A stretch of DNA of 64,000 bases, taken from assembly GCA_958431155.1 (NCBI GenBank), contig OY288106.1:717161-781160 (forward strand), given 5' to 3'. The stretch is from an uncultured candidatus Porisulfidus sp. GTDB taxonomy: Bacteria; Pseudomonadota; Gammaproteobacteria; Poriferisulfidales; Poriferisulfidaceae. Below are positions 42,513-55,617 of this stretch, piece after piece. Each line of letters starts with the position of its first letter. Within the stretch, counting starts at the first letter, position 1. The position numbers and the translations under genes are program-made. The notes under the pieces were generated by a model that saw only the letters and a list, made by a program, of their open reading frames with translations, made no database searches and was not told the DNA's origin.

Positions 42513-42955
42513 CCGAGTGTGTAGGGGTCCGGATAGCCCAATCGCTCCATTGCGGTACGCTCCATCCCTTCCATACGGGCCGCCATCCCGGCATCATCAT
42601 GTTCGTAGCCCAATAGATGCAGCAGCCCATGAATTGTCATGTGTGCGAATCTTGCCTCTGCCGCATGCCCGTATTGGCGTGCTTCCCGAAACACTTCCGG
42701 CGCGCAAATGACGACATCGCCCAAGCAACCCTGATCGCGTTCAGCCTGATCCGCTTCAAAGGCCAAGACATTGGTTGGCCCCGACTTTCCGCGGTAGCGT
42801 TTGTTGAGTGCTTCCATCTCCACTTCGTCGACGACCCGGATGCATGCCAAAACTTCTTGAGGGTAGTCGATTGCCTCGGCCCAATCCTGGAATCGTTCCG
42901 CCGAAGGCACTCCGGAGAGCTGGATGGCGTGCTGGACTTCCGTCCGAATGGTCAT
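42509..42955 (-). CDS. ybeY: rRNA maturation endoribonuclease YbeY
   Basis: LNKRYRGKSGPTNVLAF, HMTIHGLLHLLGYEH. Confidence 0.94.
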   Translation of the reverse strand: MTIRTEVQHAIQLSGVPSAERFQDWAEAIDYPQEVLACIRVVDEVEMEALNKRYRGKSGPTNVLAFEADQAERDQGCLGDVVICAPEVFREARQYGHAAEARFAHMTIHGLLHLLGYEHDDAGMAARMEGMERTAMERLGYPDPYTLG

Positions 42956-42956
42956 A

Positions 42957-43907
42957 TCAGCCCTTCCGGGAATACGCCTTGATGACCTGTCGCACCAACG
43001 GGTGCCGCACGACATCGTGCTCCGTGAAATGCACGCACGCAATGCCCGGCATGTCGCCAAGGAGGTTGAGGGCCTCTTCCAACCCCGAGCATTCATCCGA
43101 CGGCAGGTCGGTCTGCGTCAGGTCGCCAGTAACCACGGTGCGCGAACCAAACCCGAGCCGGGTCAGGAACATCTTCATTTGCCCGCGCGACGCATTCTGC
43201 GCCTCGTCCAGAATCACGAACGCATCCTTCAAGGTTCGCCCCCGCATGTACGCCAGAGGCGCGATCTCGATGATATTGCTTTCCATCCGCCGCATCGCCC
43301 GGTCGTGTCCCATCAATTCGTCAAGCGCGTCGTACATCGGCCGCAGGTAGGGATCAATTTTTTGCGCCAAATCGCCAGGAAGAAATCCCAGCCGCTCTCC
43401 GGTTTCCAGTACCGGGCGCACCAGGACGATCTTTTGGACCAGATCCTGTTCCAGCGCATAGATCGCCTGCGCGATGGCCAGATAGGTCTTGCCTGTACCG
43501 GCAGGCCCCACGCCGAACACCAGATCGTGATCCTGCAGGGTTGACAGATAGCGCTCCTGATTCTCGCCGTATGCGCGCAAGCGGGAGTGACGCAAGACCA
43601 GTTCCTTCACCTGCCCTGGTGCCGTGCCATCGTCATGTCTGGAAGTCAGCAGAAATCGATTGACGCTATCCTCTGAAAGCTCCGCGTGTTCCGTCTGGCG
43701 GTAGAGCGCCTGCAATGCGCCCGCCGCCGCCGCCACGGATGCTTCTTCGCCGAGCAACTGGAAGTCATGGCCGCGGTGCTGAATCTCAATGCCGAACCGT
43801 ACCTCCAGTTGATGCAGGTGTGCGTTGAGCGGGCCGCAAAGGCTGGCCAGGCGGGGATTGTCCGCGGGCTGCAGGAGCAGCTTCAGGGTACTGGCCTGAG
43901 TACTCAA
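42957..43907 (-). CDS. ybeZ: PhoH-like ATPase
   Basis: [34 protein letters not shown]. Confidence 0.93.
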   Translation of the reverse strand: MSTQASTLKLLLQPADNPRLASLCGPLNAHLHQLEVRFGIEIQHRGHDFQLLGEEASVAAAAGALQALYRQTEHAELSEDSVNRFLLTSRHDDGTAPGQVKELVLRHSRLRAYGENQERYLSTLQDHDLVFGVGPAGTGKTYLAIAQAIYALEQDLVQKIVLVRPVLETGERLGFLPGDLAQKIDPYLRPMYDALDELMGHDRAMRRMESNIIEIAPLAYMRGRTLKDAFVILDEAQNASRGQMKMFLTRLGFGSRTVVTGDLTQTDLPSDECSGLEEALNLLGDMPGIACVHFTEHDVVRHPLVRQVIKAYSRKG

Positions 43908-45241
43908 TGCTGTTGGGCTGAAGCCCAGTCTCCGCGCAACGAATGGGCCCGCATCTCGGTGACGCGAACGGGTTGAAACGTTCCGATCAGGTCTTTCGGT
44001 CCCCTGAAATTGATTACCCGGTTGTCCGAGGCCCGACCTGCCAACTCCTTCGGATCACGGCGCGAAGGGCCCTCCACCAGGACCTCCTGGACGGTATCGA
44101 GACGGGTCTCCGAAATCGAGGTCCCTTGTGTCTCCAGTTGCTCCTGAAGCCGTGCCAAGCGGGCCTTTCTTTCCTCCAGCGGCGTGTCGTTTACCAATTC
44201 CGCGGCCGGGGTGCCGGGGCGTGGGCTGTAAAGGAAACTGAAGCTCTGATCGAATCCGACCTCTTCCGCCAAGCGGCAGGTGCGGTCGAAATCTTCCTCG
44301 GTCTCTCCGGGGAATCCCACAATGAAATCCGAAGAAATTGAAATCCCGGGACGGGCAACCTTGAGTTTGCGGATGATGGACTTGTACTCCAGCGCCGTGT
44401 AGCCGCGTTTCATCGCAGCCAGCACCCGGTCCGAGCCGCTTTGAACCGGCAGGTGCACATGCGCCGCCAGTTCCTCGACTTCCGCATGAACCTGAATCAG
44501 CGAGTCGGTGAATTCCCTCGGGTGCGACGTCGTGTACCGAATCCGCTCGATGCCGTCGATGGCCGAGACGTAACGCAGCAGGAGGGCAAAGTCGGCGGGT
44601 TGCCCGTTGTGCAGATTGTCTCGCCAGGCATTGACGTTCTGCCCGAGAAGCGTTACTTCCCGAACACCGCGCTCTGCCAGACCCACCACTTCCTGGATGA
44701 TGCCGTCGAACGGACGGCTGACCTCCTCCCCACGGGTGTACGGCACCACGCAGAATGAACAATATTTGCTGCATCCCTCCATGATCGATACGAACGCCGA
44801 CGCTCCTTGGACCGAAGGTTCGGGCAGGTTGTCGAATTTCTCGATTTCCGGAAAACTGACATCCACCACCCCTGCACTCCCCTGACGCGCCTGCATGATC
44901 AGGTCCGGCAGGCGATGCAGGGTCTGAGGCCCGAACACGAGGTCGACTTGCGGTGCGCGCCTGCGCAAGGCCTCTCCTTCCTGGCTGGCCACACATCCGC
45001 CAACACCGATCAGCACATCGGGCTTGGACTTTTTATATCGAGCGAGTCGGCCCAGGCGGCTGAACACTTTCTCCTGGGCCTTCTCGCGTACCGAGCAGGT
45101 GTTGAGCAGGAATAAGTCGGCCTCGGTTTCATCCGAAGTCGGAGTCATGCCCAATCGATCTTGCAGTACGTCCCGCATTCTGGCGGAATCGTACTCGTTC
45201 ATCTGACACCCGTGGGTCTCGATGTAGACCTTGCCTGCCAT
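43904..45241 (-). CDS. miaB: tRNA methylthiotransferase MiaB
   Basis: [30 protein letters not shown] domain. Confidence 0.96.
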   Translation of the reverse strand: MAGKVYIETHGCQMNEYDSARMRDVLQDRLGMTPTSDETEADLFLLNTCSVREKAQEKVFSRLGRLARYKKSKPDVLIGVGGCVASQEGEALRRRAPQVDLVFGPQTLHRLPDLIMQARQGSAGVVDVSFPEIEKFDNLPEPSVQGASAFVSIMEGCSKYCSFCVVPYTRGEEVSRPFDGIIQEVVGLAERGVREVTLLGQNVNAWRDNLHNGQPADFALLLRYVSAIDGIERIRYTTSHPREFTDSLIQVHAEVEELAAHVHLPVQSGSDRVLAAMKRGYTALEYKSIIRKLKVARPGISISSDFIVGFPGETEEDFDRTCRLAEEVGFDQSFSFLYSPRPGTPAAELVNDTPLEERKARLARLQEQLETQGTSISETRLDTVQEVLVEGPSRRDPKELAGRASDNRVINFRGPKDLIGTFQPVRVTEMRAHSLRGDWASAQQH

Positions 45242-45283
45242 CACTCCTTCCGCCAACACGGCATGAGATGCCTGCGTAGGGAT

Positions 45284-45757
45284 TTAAAACGGGATGTCGT
45301 CGTCAAAGTCGGCATCATCTCCCGTCGGAGCCGCACTCGAGCCTGGGCCACTGCCGCTCGGCCTCGAGTTCTCCGGCATATAGTTGCCTTGGCTTTCCGA
45401 TGCATAACTGCCACCGCCACTGCGTGATCCCAGCAGCTGCATATCGTTGGCAATGACTTCCGTGCTATAGCGATTGTTTCCTTCCCGGTCTTGCCATTTT
45501 CGGGTCCGCAACTTTCCTTCAATATACACCTGAGATCCCTTCTTCAGGTATCGTTCCGCTACTTCGGCCAAGCGTTTGAACAGCACGATGTTGTGCCATT
45601 CGGTCGTTTCCACCCGTTCATTCGTCGCACTATCCCGCCGCCAGTCGTTGGTGGCAATCCGCATGTTGCAAACACTGGATCCGCTGTTCGTCTGGCGAAG
45701 TTCGGGGTCGGCCCCCAAAGTTCCCACCAGAATCACTTTATTGACTCCTCTCGACAT
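45284..45757 (-). CDS. ssb: Single-stranded DNA-binding protein
   Basis: [21 protein letters not shown] tail. Confidence 0.97.
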   Translation of the reverse strand: MSRGVNKVILVGTLGADPELRQTNSGSSVCNMRIATNDWRRDSATNERVETTEWHNIVLFKRLAEVAERYLKKGSQVYIEGKLRTRKWQDREGNNRYSTEVIANDMQLLGSRSGGGSYASESQGNYMPENSRPSGSGPGSSAAPTGDDADFDDDIPF

Positions 45758-45874
45758 TGTTTATCCTCCGGACTGTAATGCTTTCGCGTCCTTGCGTTTA
45801 TACTTAAGCATATTCTCATTATTATTCAACGCACTACCGCATATAACTAGAAAAATTACTATTTCGCGGTGGCC

Positions 45875-47116
45875 TTATATGCGCCGTTCTTCCGACAATT
45901 CTAGCCCATTCAGAAGCAGAGCCCAAAACACAGCGAAACCGGCCAGGGTCAGGTACAGGAGTTCCGTGTTCTGCATTTCCAGGAACACCCCCGCCAGAAG
46001 CCCTCCCAGAAAGGCCCCTCCGAACTGAGCTGTGGAGAAAACTCCCAGCGCCATGCCCTTGAGATCCACCGAACACAGACGGGAGACCTGAGTCGGCAAC
46101 TGGGCTTCCAGAAAGTTGAACGCAATGAAAAACAACAGCAGCACACTTCCCAATAAAAAGATTTCATGGCGCACGAAGATCAACAGAACCTCGCAGCCAA
46201 CCAGTATCAACGCAAAAATTCGCATCCATCCTGCGACGCGAGAGTGCGCCAGGCGGAGGACCGGAAAAAGAAACAATGCAGATCCGGTCAGGACGACCAG
46301 GTAAAACATACTGTGTTCCTCGACCTGAAGACCGGCCATGTCCCGCATTGCCAGCGGCAGCGACATGAAATTCGCAGTCAACAACATGTGAATGACGGCC
46401 GCGCCCAAACTCAACCGCAATAGCCTGGAATCCTGCAATACCTTCCCCATGTCGCCCCACGTGCCCGCAGCCTGATGGGAAGACTCCCGCCCTGCCGGAA
46501 TCAGCATCAGCACCATGACCATGGCCAACACAGCCAGACCCGCCACCAAGGCGAAAATGCCATCGACCCCGATTTTCCCGGCCAACAGAGGCCCGGCGAT
46601 CAAGGAGACAATGAAAGTTGTCCCAATCAACATCCCGACCATCCCCATCATCCGGGCTCGCACCTGTTCCCGGCTCAGGTCGGCCACCCATGCGGTCAAG
46701 GCCGCGGAAATCGCCCCCGCCCCCTGCAATGCGCGTCCAATGATCATCTGTTCGATATCCGTGGCGTCCGCCGCCACCAGGCTCCCCACCATGAACACCG
46801 CCAGTCCCAGCAGCACGACGGCACGGCGGCCGAAGCGATCCGACAGCCAGCCCATCGGCACTTGCAGGGCTGCCTGCGTCAATCCGTAAATGCCCACCGC
46901 GATGCCGGCGAGTATCGGGGTCGAGTTTTGCAGGGTCTCCGCGTATATGGCAAAGACAGGAAGAATGATGAACAGACCCAGCATGCGCAGGGCATACACC
47001 CCACCGAGGGTGCCCACCGCCCTGCGTTCCAGCGCGTTGAGTGAAGAGTCGGTCACGGAGGGATTCAGGCCATCAAAAAATTCGTGCAGCACGCGGGCCT
47101 GATGCGGCAAATGCAT
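45875..47116 (-). CDS. MFS transporter (YajR-like); start uncertain
   Basis: LRMLGLFIILPV, motif A GWLSDRFGRR; uvrA-ssb context. Confidence 0.85.
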   Translation of the reverse strand: MHLPHQARVLHEFFDGLNPSVTDSSLNALERRAVGTLGGVYALRMLGLFIILPVFAIYAETLQNSTPILAGIAVGIYGLTQAALQVPMGWLSDRFGRRAVVLLGLAVFMVGSLVAADATDIEQMIIGRALQGAGAISAALTAWVADLSREQVRARMMGMVGMLIGTTFIVSLIAGPLLAGKIGVDGIFALVAGLAVLAMVMVLMLIPAGRESSHQAAGTWGDMGKVLQDSRLLRLSLGAAVIHMLLTANFMSLPLAMRDMAGLQVEEHSMFYLVVLTGSALFLFPVLRLAHSRVAGWMRIFALILVGCEVLLIFVRHEIFLLGSVLLLFFIAFNFLEAQLPTQVSRLCSVDLKGMALGVFSTAQFGGAFLGGLLAGVFLEMQNTELLYLTLAGFAVFWALLLNGLELSEERRI

Positions 47117-47299
47117 GGCTGTCGAACTATTTTATCAATTGAAATCTCGACATTGCCCGAAGCCCTCCCCCTTTCTACTTTCGACCTTTTGCCCGCCTCC
47201 ATGACCCCTTTCCAAGGTCTGGCAATGGCCAGCGGGTCGGGTGGCGGGCAAATCCAATTCTGTCGTATAGTAGGGGGCTAACCATATGGAAGCCCCGAC

Positions 47300-50107
47300 A
47301 TGGAACAAATCCGGATCCGCGGAGCACGGACGCACAATCTCGACAACATCGACCTGGACATCCCGCGCGACCGGTTGACCGTGGTGACCGGCCTGTCCGG
47401 ATCCGGCAAGTCTTCGCTCGCCTTCGACACCATCTTCGCTGAGGGGCAGCGTCGTTACGTCGAATCCCTGTCGGCGTATGCCCGGCAGTTTCTCGCACGA
47501 ATGGAAAAGCCTGATGTAGACAGCATCGAAGGGCTATCCCCCGCCATCTCGATCGAACAGAAAAGTGCCTCGCACAACCCCCGTTCCACCGTCGGCACAA
47601 TCACCGAGATCCACGACTACCTGCGCCTGATGTATGCCCGCGTCGGAACCCCCCGGTGCCCGCGCCACAGCCATGACCTGCAGGCCCAAACCATCACCGA
47701 GATGACGGATCACGTGCAGGCCCTGCCCGAGGGCCGGCGAATCATGATTCTCGCGCCGGTGGTGCGCGACCGCAAGGGAGAACACCAGGAACTCCTGCAG
47801 GGGCTGATGGCACAAGGCTTCCTGCGCGCGCGCATTGACGGCGAGGCTCGCGAGCTTGATGAGCCGATCCGCTTGGACCTTCGCCGAAAGCACACGATTG
47901 AGGTGATCATCGACCGCCTCAAGGTCCGCGACGGAATCCGTACCCGTATCGCCGAATCCTTCGAGACCGCACTACGGCTCGGGCAAGGCGTAGCACGCGT
48001 GGTCAACATGGACGGCGACCCCATCGACGAGACCTTCTCCAGCCAGTACGCCTGCCCGGAATGCGGATACAGTCTGAACGAACTGGAACCCCGGCTATTC
48101 TCCTTCAACAGTCCGATCGGTGCCTGCAGTGAGTGCGATGGCCTAGGCGTACAGACATTCTTCGACGAGTTCAAGGTGATCCATTCCGACCGATCCTTGC
48201 GCCACGGCGCAATCCGCGGCTGGGACGAGCGGAACGTCGCCTATTTCCGAATGATCAAGACGCTGGCGAAGCATTACCGATTTTCCGTCGATTTGCCTTT
48301 CCAGCGGTTGCCGCGTCGGGCGCGCGACATCATCCTGTACGGCTCCAACGGCGAGTCTCTTTCCTTCGAATATACCGACACTCACGGTCGCCGGATGCGC
48401 TCCCGACATCCGTTCGAAGGCGTACTCCCGAACATGGAACGCCGCTTCCGTGATACGGAATCCTCTGCCGTACGCGACGAACTATCGCGCTACCGCAGCC
48501 AGCGCGCCTGTCCGACCTGCGAGGGCGAGCGCCTGTGCGAAGCCGCCCGAAACGTTTTCATCGACGGCACCCCCCTGCCCCAGCTGCTGCACTGGCCCAT
48601 TGCCGAAGTCTCCGCGTTCTTCGGAAGGCTGAATCTATCCGGATACCGCGCACAGATTGCCGCAAAAATCATCGCCGAGATCAGCCAGCGACTCCGATTC
48701 CTGATGGATGTCGGCCTTGAGTACCTGAGCCTGGAGCGCCGGGCCGAAACCCTGTCCGGCGGCGAGGCGCAACGCATCCGGCTGGCCAGCCAGATTGGCG
48801 CCGGGCTCGTTGGCGTGACCTATATCCTGGACGAGCCATCCATCGGCCTGCACCAGCGGGACAACGCCAGACTCCTGAAGACGCTCGCCCACCTGCGCGA
48901 CATCGGGAACACGGTGATTGTCGTCGAGCACGACGAAAGTGCCATGCGGAGTGCCGACCATCTGGTCGACCTGGGGCCCGGTGCAGGAATCCACGGCGGC
49001 CGCATAGTCGCCCAAGGCTCGCCGGAAGAGGTGGTCCAGGAGAAGGACTCCCTGACCGCCCAATACCTCTCAGGCCAGCAGAAAATCGAAATCCCTCCAC
49101 AACGGGTGCGGGCGCAGAAGGACCGGCAATTGGTGATTCGCAAAGCTTCCGGAAACAACCTTCGCGACCTGGACGTGTCCATCCCGGTCGGGCTCCTCAC
49201 CTGCGTCACCGGAGTTTCCGGATCCGGGAAGTCCACGCTGGTGAACGACACCCTGTACGGCCAGCTGATCCGACCGAAAGACTGGATTCCCGGCCCCTGC
49301 GAAAGCTTGGAAGGCCTGGATCTGATTGACAAGGTCATTCGCATCGACCAGAGCCCGATCGGGCGCACACCCCGTTCGAATCCAGCCACCTATACCGGCC
49401 TGTTCGGCCCGGTGCGGGAATTGTTCGCGGGCACCCAAGAAGCCCGCTCCCGGGGCTACCAGCCTGGACGGTTCAGCTTCAACGTCCGCGGCGGCCGTTG
49501 CGAGGCCTGCCAAGGCGACGGTGTCATCAAGGTCGAGATGCACTTCCTGCCCGACGTCTACGTGCCCTGCGACGTCTGCGCAGGCCTGCGCTACAACCGG
49601 GAGACCCTGGACATCCGCTACAAGCACAAGAACATTGCGGAAGTCCTTGACATGACGGTCGAGACGGCCCGCGAGTTTTTCGAGAACATCCCTCCGGTAC
49701 GCCGCAAGCTCGACACCCTGGCCCAAGTCGGCCTGTCCTATCTGCATCTAGGGCAGAGCGCCACCACCCTGTCGGGGGGAGAAGCCCAGCGCATCAAACT
49801 GTCCCGCGAACTGTCCAAACGCGGAACCGGGCAAACTCTCTACATCCTGGACGAGCCGACCACCGGGCTGCACTTCCACGACATCAAGCTCCTGCTGCAC
49901 GTCCTGCACCAGTTGCGGGACCGCGGCAACACCGTGATCGTGATCGAGCACAACCTGGACGTCATCAAGACGGCCGACTGGATTATCGATCTCGGCCCGG
50001 AAGGCGGCCAGGCGGGAGGCCGGATTGTCGCTGAAGGCTCACCGGAGAAAGTCGCGCGCAACAAGCGATCCTATACCGGGCAGTTCTTGGCCCCGGCATT
50101 GAAGTAA
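47300..50107 (+). CDS. uvrA: Excinuclease ABC subunit A
   Basis: Two ABC cassettes ([26 protein letters not shown] twice) and Zn fingers. Confidence 0.98.
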   Translation: MEQIRIRGARTHNLDNIDLDIPRDRLTVVTGLSGSGKSSLAFDTIFAEGQRRYVESLSAYARQFLARMEKPDVDSIEGLSPAISIEQKSASHNPRSTVGTITEIHDYLRLMYARVGTPRCPRHSHDLQAQTITEMTDHVQALPEGRRIMILAPVVRDRKGEHQELLQGLMAQGFLRARIDGEARELDEPIRLDLRRKHTIEVIIDRLKVRDGIRTRIAESFETALRLGQGVARVVNMDGDPIDETFSSQYACPECGYSLNELEPRLFSFNSPIGACSECDGLGVQTFFDEFKVIHSDRSLRHGAIRGWDERNVAYFRMIKTLAKHYRFSVDLPFQRLPRRARDIILYGSNGESLSFEYTDTHGRRMRSRHPFEGVLPNMERRFRDTESSAVRDELSRYRSQRACPTCEGERLCEAARNVFIDGTPLPQLLHWPIAEVSAFFGRLNLSGYRAQIAAKIIAEISQRLRFLMDVGLEYLSLERRAETLSGGEAQRIRLASQIGAGLVGVTYILDEPSIGLHQRDNARLLKTLAHLRDIGNTVIVVEHDESAMRSADHLVDLGPGAGIHGGRIVAQGSPEEVVQEKDSLTAQYLSGQQKIEIPPQRVRAQKDRQLVIRKASGNNLRDLDVSIPVGLLTCVTGVSGSGKSTLVNDTLYGQLIRPKDWIPGPCESLEGLDLIDKVIRIDQSPIGRTPRSNPATYTGLFGPVRELFAGTQEARSRGYQPGRFSFNVRGGRCEACQGDGVIKVEMHFLPDVYVPCDVCAGLRYNRETLDIRYKHKNIAEVLDMTVETAREFFENIPPVRRKLDTLAQVGLSYLHLGQSATTLSGGEAQRIKLSRELSKRGTGQTLYILDEPTTGLHFHDIKLLLHVLHQLRDRGNTVIVIEHNLDVIKTADWIIDLGPEGGQAGGRIVAEGSPEKVARNKRSYTGQFLAPALK

Positions 50108-50148
50108 GAGTTAGGAACGGCCTTCCGGCCGTGAATTAAAGCCCGGAA

Positions 50149-50568
50149 TTATTCCGTCGCTTCGGCAACTTCTGTGGTTTCGGGAGCAGGCAATTCCGCT
50201 TCCGCGCTCGTCTCCCGGTCCACCAACTCGACATACGCCATCGGGGCCTTGTCCCCAGGGCGGTAGCCATTCTTGAGAACCCGCATATAGCCCCCGGGAC
50301 GGTCCTTGTATTTCGGACCCAGTTCCGTGAAGAGCTTGCCGACGATCTGACGGTCGCGCAACTTGTCGAACGCACGGCGACGATGGGCCACCGTATCTTC
50401 CCCGGCCAGCGTAATCAGCGGCTCGACGACACGGCGCAACTCCTTGGCTTTCGGCAAGGTGGTATGAATTCCCTCGTGCTGCAGCAGCGACACCGCCATG
50501 TTGCGAAACATGGCACGGCGATGTGCCGAGGTACGGTTCAGGCGGCGGCCGGCCTTCCGGTGGCGCAT
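50149..50568 (-). CDS. rplQ: 50S protein bL17
   Basis: [25 protein letters not shown]. Confidence 0.97.
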   Translation of the reverse strand: MRHRKAGRRLNRTSAHRRAMFRNMAVSLLQHEGIHTTLPKAKELRRVVEPLITLAGEDTVAHRRRAFDKLRDRQIVGKLFTELGPKYKDRPGGYMRVLKNGYRPGDKAPMAYVELVDRETSAEAELPAPETTEVAEATE

Positions 50569-50578
50569 GGCTAATCCC

Positions 50579-51574
50579 TCAGAACAGCGGCGTACGTCCG
50601 CGCACCAAGTCGGAGGGCGGCCAGTTCTCGACCTTCATGCTTAGCGTCAACTCGCGTGCCGCCAAGGCTTGCTTGATTTCTGCGACGGTCTTCACCCCGA
50701 TGTTCGGGGTCTGCTTCATCAGCTCGTCCTCGCCCTTCTGCACCAGGTCGCCCACGAAGAAGATGTTTTCCTGCTTGAGGCTGTTGATTGAACGCACGCC
50801 CAACTCCAACTCATCGATCGGTAGCTTGAAGACCGGGTCGACCTCGGTGGTATGGGTCGGCACCGGGCGCATGACTTCGCCCTCCAGACCGACCAGCACC
50901 GACAGTTGCTCGCTCAGGATCACCGCAGCCAGGCGGATGATTTCCTCCGGCTCGACAGTGCCGTTCGTCTCCAGGTCCAGCACCAGCTTGTCCAGATCGG
51001 TGCGCTGCTCCACGCGGGTGTTCTCCACCTGATAGGCCACCCGGCGGATCGGGCTGAAGCTGGCATCCAGCAGCAAGGTGCCGATGGAATGTTCCTGATC
51101 GTCGCGCCGACGAGCCGGCACCGGGACGTACCCGCGGCCCCGCTCGATCTTCAGCCGCATATCCAGGGCGCCCGTATCGGTCAGGTGCGCGATCACGTGA
51201 TCCGGGTTTGAAATCTCGATGTCGTGACCGAGTTCGATGTCACCCGCACACACGACCCCCGGGCCGCTTTTCTTCAGGTGCAACTCCGCCTTCACGCGCT
51301 CGTGCATGCGGATGGCGATGCCCTTGAGGTTGAGCAGGATGTCCACTACATCCTCCTGCACTCCGTCGAGCGTGTCGTATTCGTGTTTCACGCCCTCGAT
51401 CTCGACCTCGGTGATGGCCGAGCCCGGGATGGACGACAGCAGGACCCGGCGCAGCGCATTCCCCAGCGTATGCCCGAATCCCCGCTCCATCGGCTCCAAC
51501 ACCACGCGCGCTTCGCGACCGGCCGTGTACTTGGCCTCCACTACGCGGGGCACCATCAATTCGCTGCTCAGCAT
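50579..51574 (-). CDS. rpoA: RNA polymerase alpha subunit
   Basis: [33 protein letters not shown]. Confidence 0.98.
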   Translation of the reverse strand: MLSSELMVPRVVEAKYTAGREARVVLEPMERGFGHTLGNALRRVLLSSIPGSAITEVEIEGVKHEYDTLDGVQEDVVDILLNLKGIAIRMHERVKAELHLKKSGPGVVCAGDIELGHDIEISNPDHVIAHLTDTGALDMRLKIERGRGYVPVPARRRDDQEHSIGTLLLDASFSPIRRVAYQVENTRVEQRTDLDKLVLDLETNGTVEPEEIIRLAAVILSEQLSVLVGLEGEVMRPVPTHTTEVDPVFKLPIDELELGVRSINSLKQENIFFVGDLVQKGEDELMKQTPNIGVKTVAEIKQALAARELTLSMKVENWPPSDLVRGRTPLF

Positions 51575-51594
51575 TCTTTCAGTCCTCTTCAGGA

Positions 51595-52224
51595 TTATTT
51601 CGAATAGAATTCAACGACTAAAGACTCGTTGATTTCCCTGTAAATCTCTTCGCGCGCGGGGGGCTGTTTGAAAGTCCCTTCAAACTTGTCGAAATCGACG
51701 TCCACCCAGTCTGGCAGGCCCTGCTGCTTGGCGATACCGATCGCGTCCTTGATCCGCACCTGTTCGCGCATCTTCTCGCGGATCGCGACCACGTCGCCAG
51801 CCATGACCGAATACGACGGGATGTTGACTACTTTGCCGTTCACTTCGATGCCCTTGTGCGAGACGATCTGGCGGCATTCCGCGCGGGTCGTGCCGAAGCC
51901 CATGCGGTACACCACATTGTCCAGCCGGCACTCCAGCAGACGCAGCAAGTTGTCACCGGTCGAGCCCTTGGCCTGCGAGGCTTTTTTGTAGTAGTTGCGG
52001 AACTGCCGCTCAAGCACGCCGTAGAGGCGGCGCAGCTTCTGCTTCTCGCGCAGCTGCAGGCCGTAATCGGAGATTCGCCCACGGCGGCCTCCGCGCCCAC
52101 CCTTGCTGCCTGGCGGCACGTCGAGCTTGCACTTCTTATCCAGTTCGCGCACCGGCGACTTGAGCTCCAGGTTGGTGCCCTCGCGCCGCATAAGCTTGCA
52201 TCGGGGTCCGAGATAGCGTGCCAT
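51595..52224 (-). CDS. rpsD: 30S protein uS4
   Basis: [25 protein letters not shown]. Confidence 0.98.
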   Translation of the reverse strand: MARYLGPRCKLMRREGTNLELKSPVRELDKKCKLDVPPGSKGGRGGRRGRISDYGLQLREKQKLRRLYGVLERQFRNYYKKASQAKGSTGDNLLRLLECRLDNVVYRMGFGTTRAECRQIVSHKGIEVNGKVVNIPSYSVMAGDVVAIREKMREQVRIKDAIGIAKQQGLPDWVDVDFDKFEGTFKQPPAREEIYREINESLVVEFYSK

Positions 52225-52233
52225 GGCCTTGCC

Positions 52234-52641
52234 TCAGACGCGGCGCCGCTTCGGCGGGCGGCAGCCGTTGTGCGGAACCGGGGTGATGTCCCGGATGTTC
52301 GTGATGCGGAACCCGCTGGCGTTCAACGCCCGCATGGCCGATTCGCGGCCCGGTCCCGGCCCGCGCACCCGGACTTCCAGGTTGCGGATTCCGAATTCCT
52401 GGGCTTCCTTGCTGACCCGTGAGGCCGCGACCTGGGCGGCAAACGGCGTGCTCTTGCGGGACCCCTTGAAGCCGGAGCCCCCGGAGGTCGCCCAGCACAG
52501 GGTGTTGCCCTGCAGGTCGGTGATGGTCACGATCGTGTTGTTGAACGAAGCGCGGATGTGCGCGATCCCATCGGTCAGGGTCCGGCGGATCTTCTTACGC
52601 GACCGAGTGGCGGTTTTGGGTTTGGACTTGGGAGCAGCCAT
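52234..52641 (-). CDS. rpsK: 30S protein uS11
   Basis: [30 protein letters not shown]. Confidence 0.98.
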   Translation of the reverse strand: MAAPKSKPKTATRSRKKIRRTLTDGIAHIRASFNNTIVTITDLQGNTLCWATSGGSGFKGSRKSTPFAAQVAASRVSKEAQEFGIRNLEVRVRGPGPGRESAMRALNASGFRITNIRDITPVPHNGCRPPKRRRV

Positions 52642-52644
52642 GGA

Positions 52645-53001
52645 TTACCTGCGGATCGGGCGGCGCGGCCCTTTGCGGGTGCGCGCATTGGTTCGGGTTC
52701 GTTGGCCGCGCAGCGGCAGGCTGCGCCGGTGACGCACCCCCCGGTAGCAGCCGAGGTCCAGCAGGCGCTTGATGCTCATGGCGCTCTCGCGGCGCAGGTC
52801 ACCCTCGATGGTGTAATTGCCGACCGCCTCGCGCAGCGTGCCCAGTTCCGCCTCGCTGAGGCTGCCGAGCTTCTCTGCCGGGTTCACCGAACAGGCCCCA
52901 CAAATCGCCACTGCCCGGCTGCGTCCAATGCCAAAAATGGACTGCAGCGCGATCACCGTATGCTTGTGATCGGGGAGATTGACGCCTGCAATTCGTGCCA
53001 T
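52645..53001 (-). CDS. rpsM: 30S protein uS13
   Basis: [22 protein letters not shown]. Confidence 0.98.
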   Translation of the reverse strand: MARIAGVNLPDHKHTVIALQSIFGIGRSRAVAICGACSVNPAEKLGSLSEAELGTLREAVGNYTIEGDLRRESAMSIKRLLDLGCYRGVRHRRSLPLRGQRTRTNARTRKGPRRPIRR

Positions 53002-53038
53002 GGTTCTTTGTGCGCGTAAAAGGATTTATTTTACCGTA

Positions 53039-53152
53039 TTAGCCCTGCCGCTGCTTGTGGCGGGGAATCTTGCAAATCACCCGAACGACGCCATTGCGCC
53101 GTACGATCTTGCAGTGACGGCAAATTCGTTTGACGGAAGCCTGAACTTTCAT
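53039..53152 (-). CDS. rpmJ: 50S protein bL36 (Zn-binding form)
   Basis: Manual translation [47 protein letters not shown]. Confidence 0.96.
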   Translation of the reverse strand: MKVQASVKRICRHCKIVRRNGVVRVICKIPRHKQRQG

Positions 53153-53164
53153 GGGATCCTCCTC

Positions 53165-54475
53165 TTATCGCAGGAGACTGCGGGAGCGCATGCCCCGCGC
53201 CTCGGCTTTCTTCAACAGTCCTTCGTACTGATGCGACATCAGGTGTGTCTGCAACTGGGCAATGAAATCCATCACCACCACCACGATGATCAGCAGCGAA
53301 GTCCCGCCAAAATAAAACGGGACGCTCAGGCCCAGAATCAGAAACTCGGGCAACAGGCACACGAACACGATGTACATCGCGCCGACCGCGGTCAGGCGAG
53401 TCATCACGGTATCGATGTAACGGGCCGTCTGCGCGCCCGGGCGGATGCCCGGGATGAATGCGCCGGAGCGTTTCAGGTTGTCGGCGGTATCCTTGGAATC
53501 GTACACCAGCGCGGTATAGAAGAAACAGAAGAACGCGATGGCGAGCGCGTAGAACAGCACGTACAGCGGCTGCCCCGGCGCCAGGGTGGACGAAATGTCG
53601 CGCAACCAGCCCATGCCTTCGGTCGAACCCGCCCACTGTCCGAATGTGGCCGGGAACAGGATGATGCTGGAAGCGAAAATCGGGGGAATGACGCCGGCCA
53701 TGTTGAGCTTGAACGGCAGGTGCGTCGATTGCATGGCGACGTTCCGGCCCTGCTGCTGCCGGGCGTAGTTGACCGTGATGCGACGCTGCCCGCGCTCGAC
53801 GAACACGACGAATGCGGTGATGGCGAGCACCAGGGCGAACAGGAACACCACCAGCGCGGACGACAACTCGCCGGTGCTGGCCAGCTCCAGGGTGCCGCCG
53901 ACTGCGGTCGGCAAACCGGCGACGATGCTGGTGAAGATGATCAGTGAGATTCCATTGCCGATACCGCGTTCCGTGATCTGCTCGCCGAGCCACATCAGGA
54001 ACATGGTGCCGGTCACCAGGGTGATGATGGCGGTGACCACGAAGCCGTAGCCGGTGTAAAGCGCAATGCCTTGGCTTTGCAGCGCCACCGACACGCCGCC
54101 GGCCTGAAACGTCGCCAGGGCCAGGGTGCCGTAGCGCGTGTACTGGGTAATCTGGCGCCGCCCCTGCTCTCCTTCCTTGCGCAGTTCCTTGAGGCTGGGG
54201 ATCACGGCCGTCATCAACTGCATGATGATCGCGGACGAGATGTACGGCATGATGCCGAGCGCCAGGATGCTGAGGCGCTCCAGCGCGCCGCCCGAGAACA
54301 TGTTGAACAGGTCGATGATGGTCCCGCTTTGCTGTTCGAAGAAGCGGGCCAATGCGTTGGGGTCCACGCCAGGCACCGGGATGTAGGTGCCGATGCGGTA
54401 CACGATCAGCGCACCCACCACGAACAGGAGGCGCTGGCGCAACTCGGCGAACGGCGAGGCCTTGGGCGGTGCCAT
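53165..54475 (-). CDS. secY: Preprotein translocase SecY
   Basis: [37 protein letters not shown]. Confidence 0.98.
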   Translation of the reverse strand: MAPPKASPFAELRQRLLFVVGALIVYRIGTYIPVPGVDPNALARFFEQQSGTIIDLFNMFSGGALERLSILALGIMPYISSAIIMQLMTAVIPSLKELRKEGEQGRRQITQYTRYGTLALATFQAGGVSVALQSQGIALYTGYGFVVTAIITLVTGTMFLMWLGEQITERGIGNGISLIIFTSIVAGLPTAVGGTLELASTGELSSALVVFLFALVLAITAFVVFVERGQRRITVNYARQQQGRNVAMQSTHLPFKLNMAGVIPPIFASSIILFPATFGQWAGSTEGMGWLRDISSTLAPGQPLYVLFYALAIAFFCFFYTALVYDSKDTADNLKRSGAFIPGIRPGAQTARYIDTVMTRLTAVGAMYIVFVCLLPEFLILGLSVPFYFGGTSLLIIVVVVMDFIAQLQTHLMSHQYEGLLKKAEARGMRSRSLLR

Positions 54476-54478
54476 GGT

Positions 54479-54910
54479 TTATTCCTGGATCTCTCCGCCG
54501 GCGGCCTCGATGGCCGCGCGCGCGCCACGGGTCACGGCGACCCCCTGCACGGTATAGGCCCGGGTCAACTCGCCGCGCAACATGATCTTCGCACGCGTCG
54601 CATAGTTCGGCACCAGCTCGGCGGCACGCAGAGAATCCAAGGTTACGGTCGGATCTTCCAGGCTCTCCAGACGACCGGTGCCGACCTCGGCACACGGCGG
54701 ACGATGCGAACGGAAGCCAGATTTCGGCAACCGGCGCTGCAGAGGCATCTGCCCCCCTTCGAAACCGATCTTGTGGTAGCCTCCGGAGCGCGACTTCTGG
54801 CCCTTGTGGCCCCGGCCCGCGGTCTTGCCGGTGCCGCTGCCGATGCCACGCCCTACCCGCTTGCGCGGGCGGCGGCTGCCGGGCGGCGGCGTCAGGGTAT
54901 TGAGGCGCAT
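54479..54910 (-). CDS. rplO: 50S protein uL15
   Basis: [16 protein letters not shown]. Confidence 0.97.
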   Translation of the reverse strand: MRLNTLTPPPGSRRPRKRVGRGIGSGTGKTAGRGHKGQKSRSGGYHKIGFEGGQMPLQRRLPKSGFRSHRPPCAEVGTGRLESLEDPTVTLDSLRAAELVPNYATRAKIMLRGELTRAYTVQGVAVTRGARAAIEAAGGEIQE

Positions 54911-55092
54911 CAGTTCTCCTCCACTTTCAGCAGGTAGTCCACCTCGTTCACCATGCCGCGGTTCTGCGGCGTGTCCTGCACCTCGACGGTCTGGTGCAAA
55001 CGGCGCAGACCCAGGCCGCGTACGCAGGCCCGGTGCTTCGGCAAGCGCCCGATCAGGCTCTTCACCAAGGTGACTTTCAGGCTTTTCGCCAT
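54910..55092 (-). CDS. rpmD: 50S protein uL30
   Basis: [25 protein letters not shown]. Confidence 0.95.
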   Translation of the reverse strand: MAKSLKVTLVKSLIGRLPKHRACVRGLGLRRLHQTVEVQDTPQNRGMVNEVDYLLKVEEN

Positions 55093-55607
55093 TGCATGCG
55101 CTCCTTCATTTCGGAGGCTGGCTTGCCGAGCTTCTCGGCCACCTGCTCCGGCGACTGGATGGATTGCAACCCCTTGAGGGTGGCGTAGACGGTGTTGATC
55201 GGATTGCGCGAACCGATGCATTTGGCGAGTACGTTGTGCACGCCCAGCACCTCGAACACGGCACGCATGGGTCCACCGGCAATGATCCCGGTTCCCTCGG
55301 AGGCGGGCTGCATATAGACCCTCGCCGCTCCGTGTACGCCGGTAATCGGGTAGTACAGGGTGCCATCGCGAAGCGGTACTGTAATCATGGACCGCCGTGC
55401 CTTCTCCATGCTCTTCTGGATAGCCAGCGGCACCTCGCGCGCCTTGCCGTAGCCGACTCCGACGCGGCCGTTGCGGTCGCCGACCACGGTCAGCGCGGTA
55501 AAGCCGAATTGCCGGCCGCCCTTGACGACCTTGGCCACGCGGTTGACCGCGACCATCTTCTCGACCAGTTCTTCGCTGCCTTGCAGGACTTCAAGATTCG
55601 TCGCCAT
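55077..55607 (-). CDS. rpsE: 30S protein uS5
   Basis: [20 protein letters not shown]. Confidence 0.97.
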   Translation of the reverse strand: MATNLEVLQGSEELVEKMVAVNRVAKVVKGGRQFGFTALTVVGDRNGRVGVGYGKAREVPLAIQKSMEKARRSMITVPLRDGTLYYPITGVHGAARVYMQPASEGTGIIAGGPMRAVFEVLGVHNVLAKCIGSRNPINTVYATLKGLQSIQSPEQVAEKLGKPASEMKERMQWRKA

Positions 55608-55617
55608 TCTCGTCTCC

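Noticed and set aside
47117..47299. LexA box before uvrA (also looked before ssb)
   Set aside because: No CTGT-N8-ACAG match found; only a loose GTCGA/TCGAC inverted repeat
50117..50132. Intrinsic terminator between uvrA and rplQ
   Set aside because: Only a 6-bp stem with no U tract on either strand
53031..54695. 554-aa ORF overlapping secY
   Set aside because: Alternative-frame artefact of GC-rich codon usage; Arg/Gly/Pro-rich with no motifs
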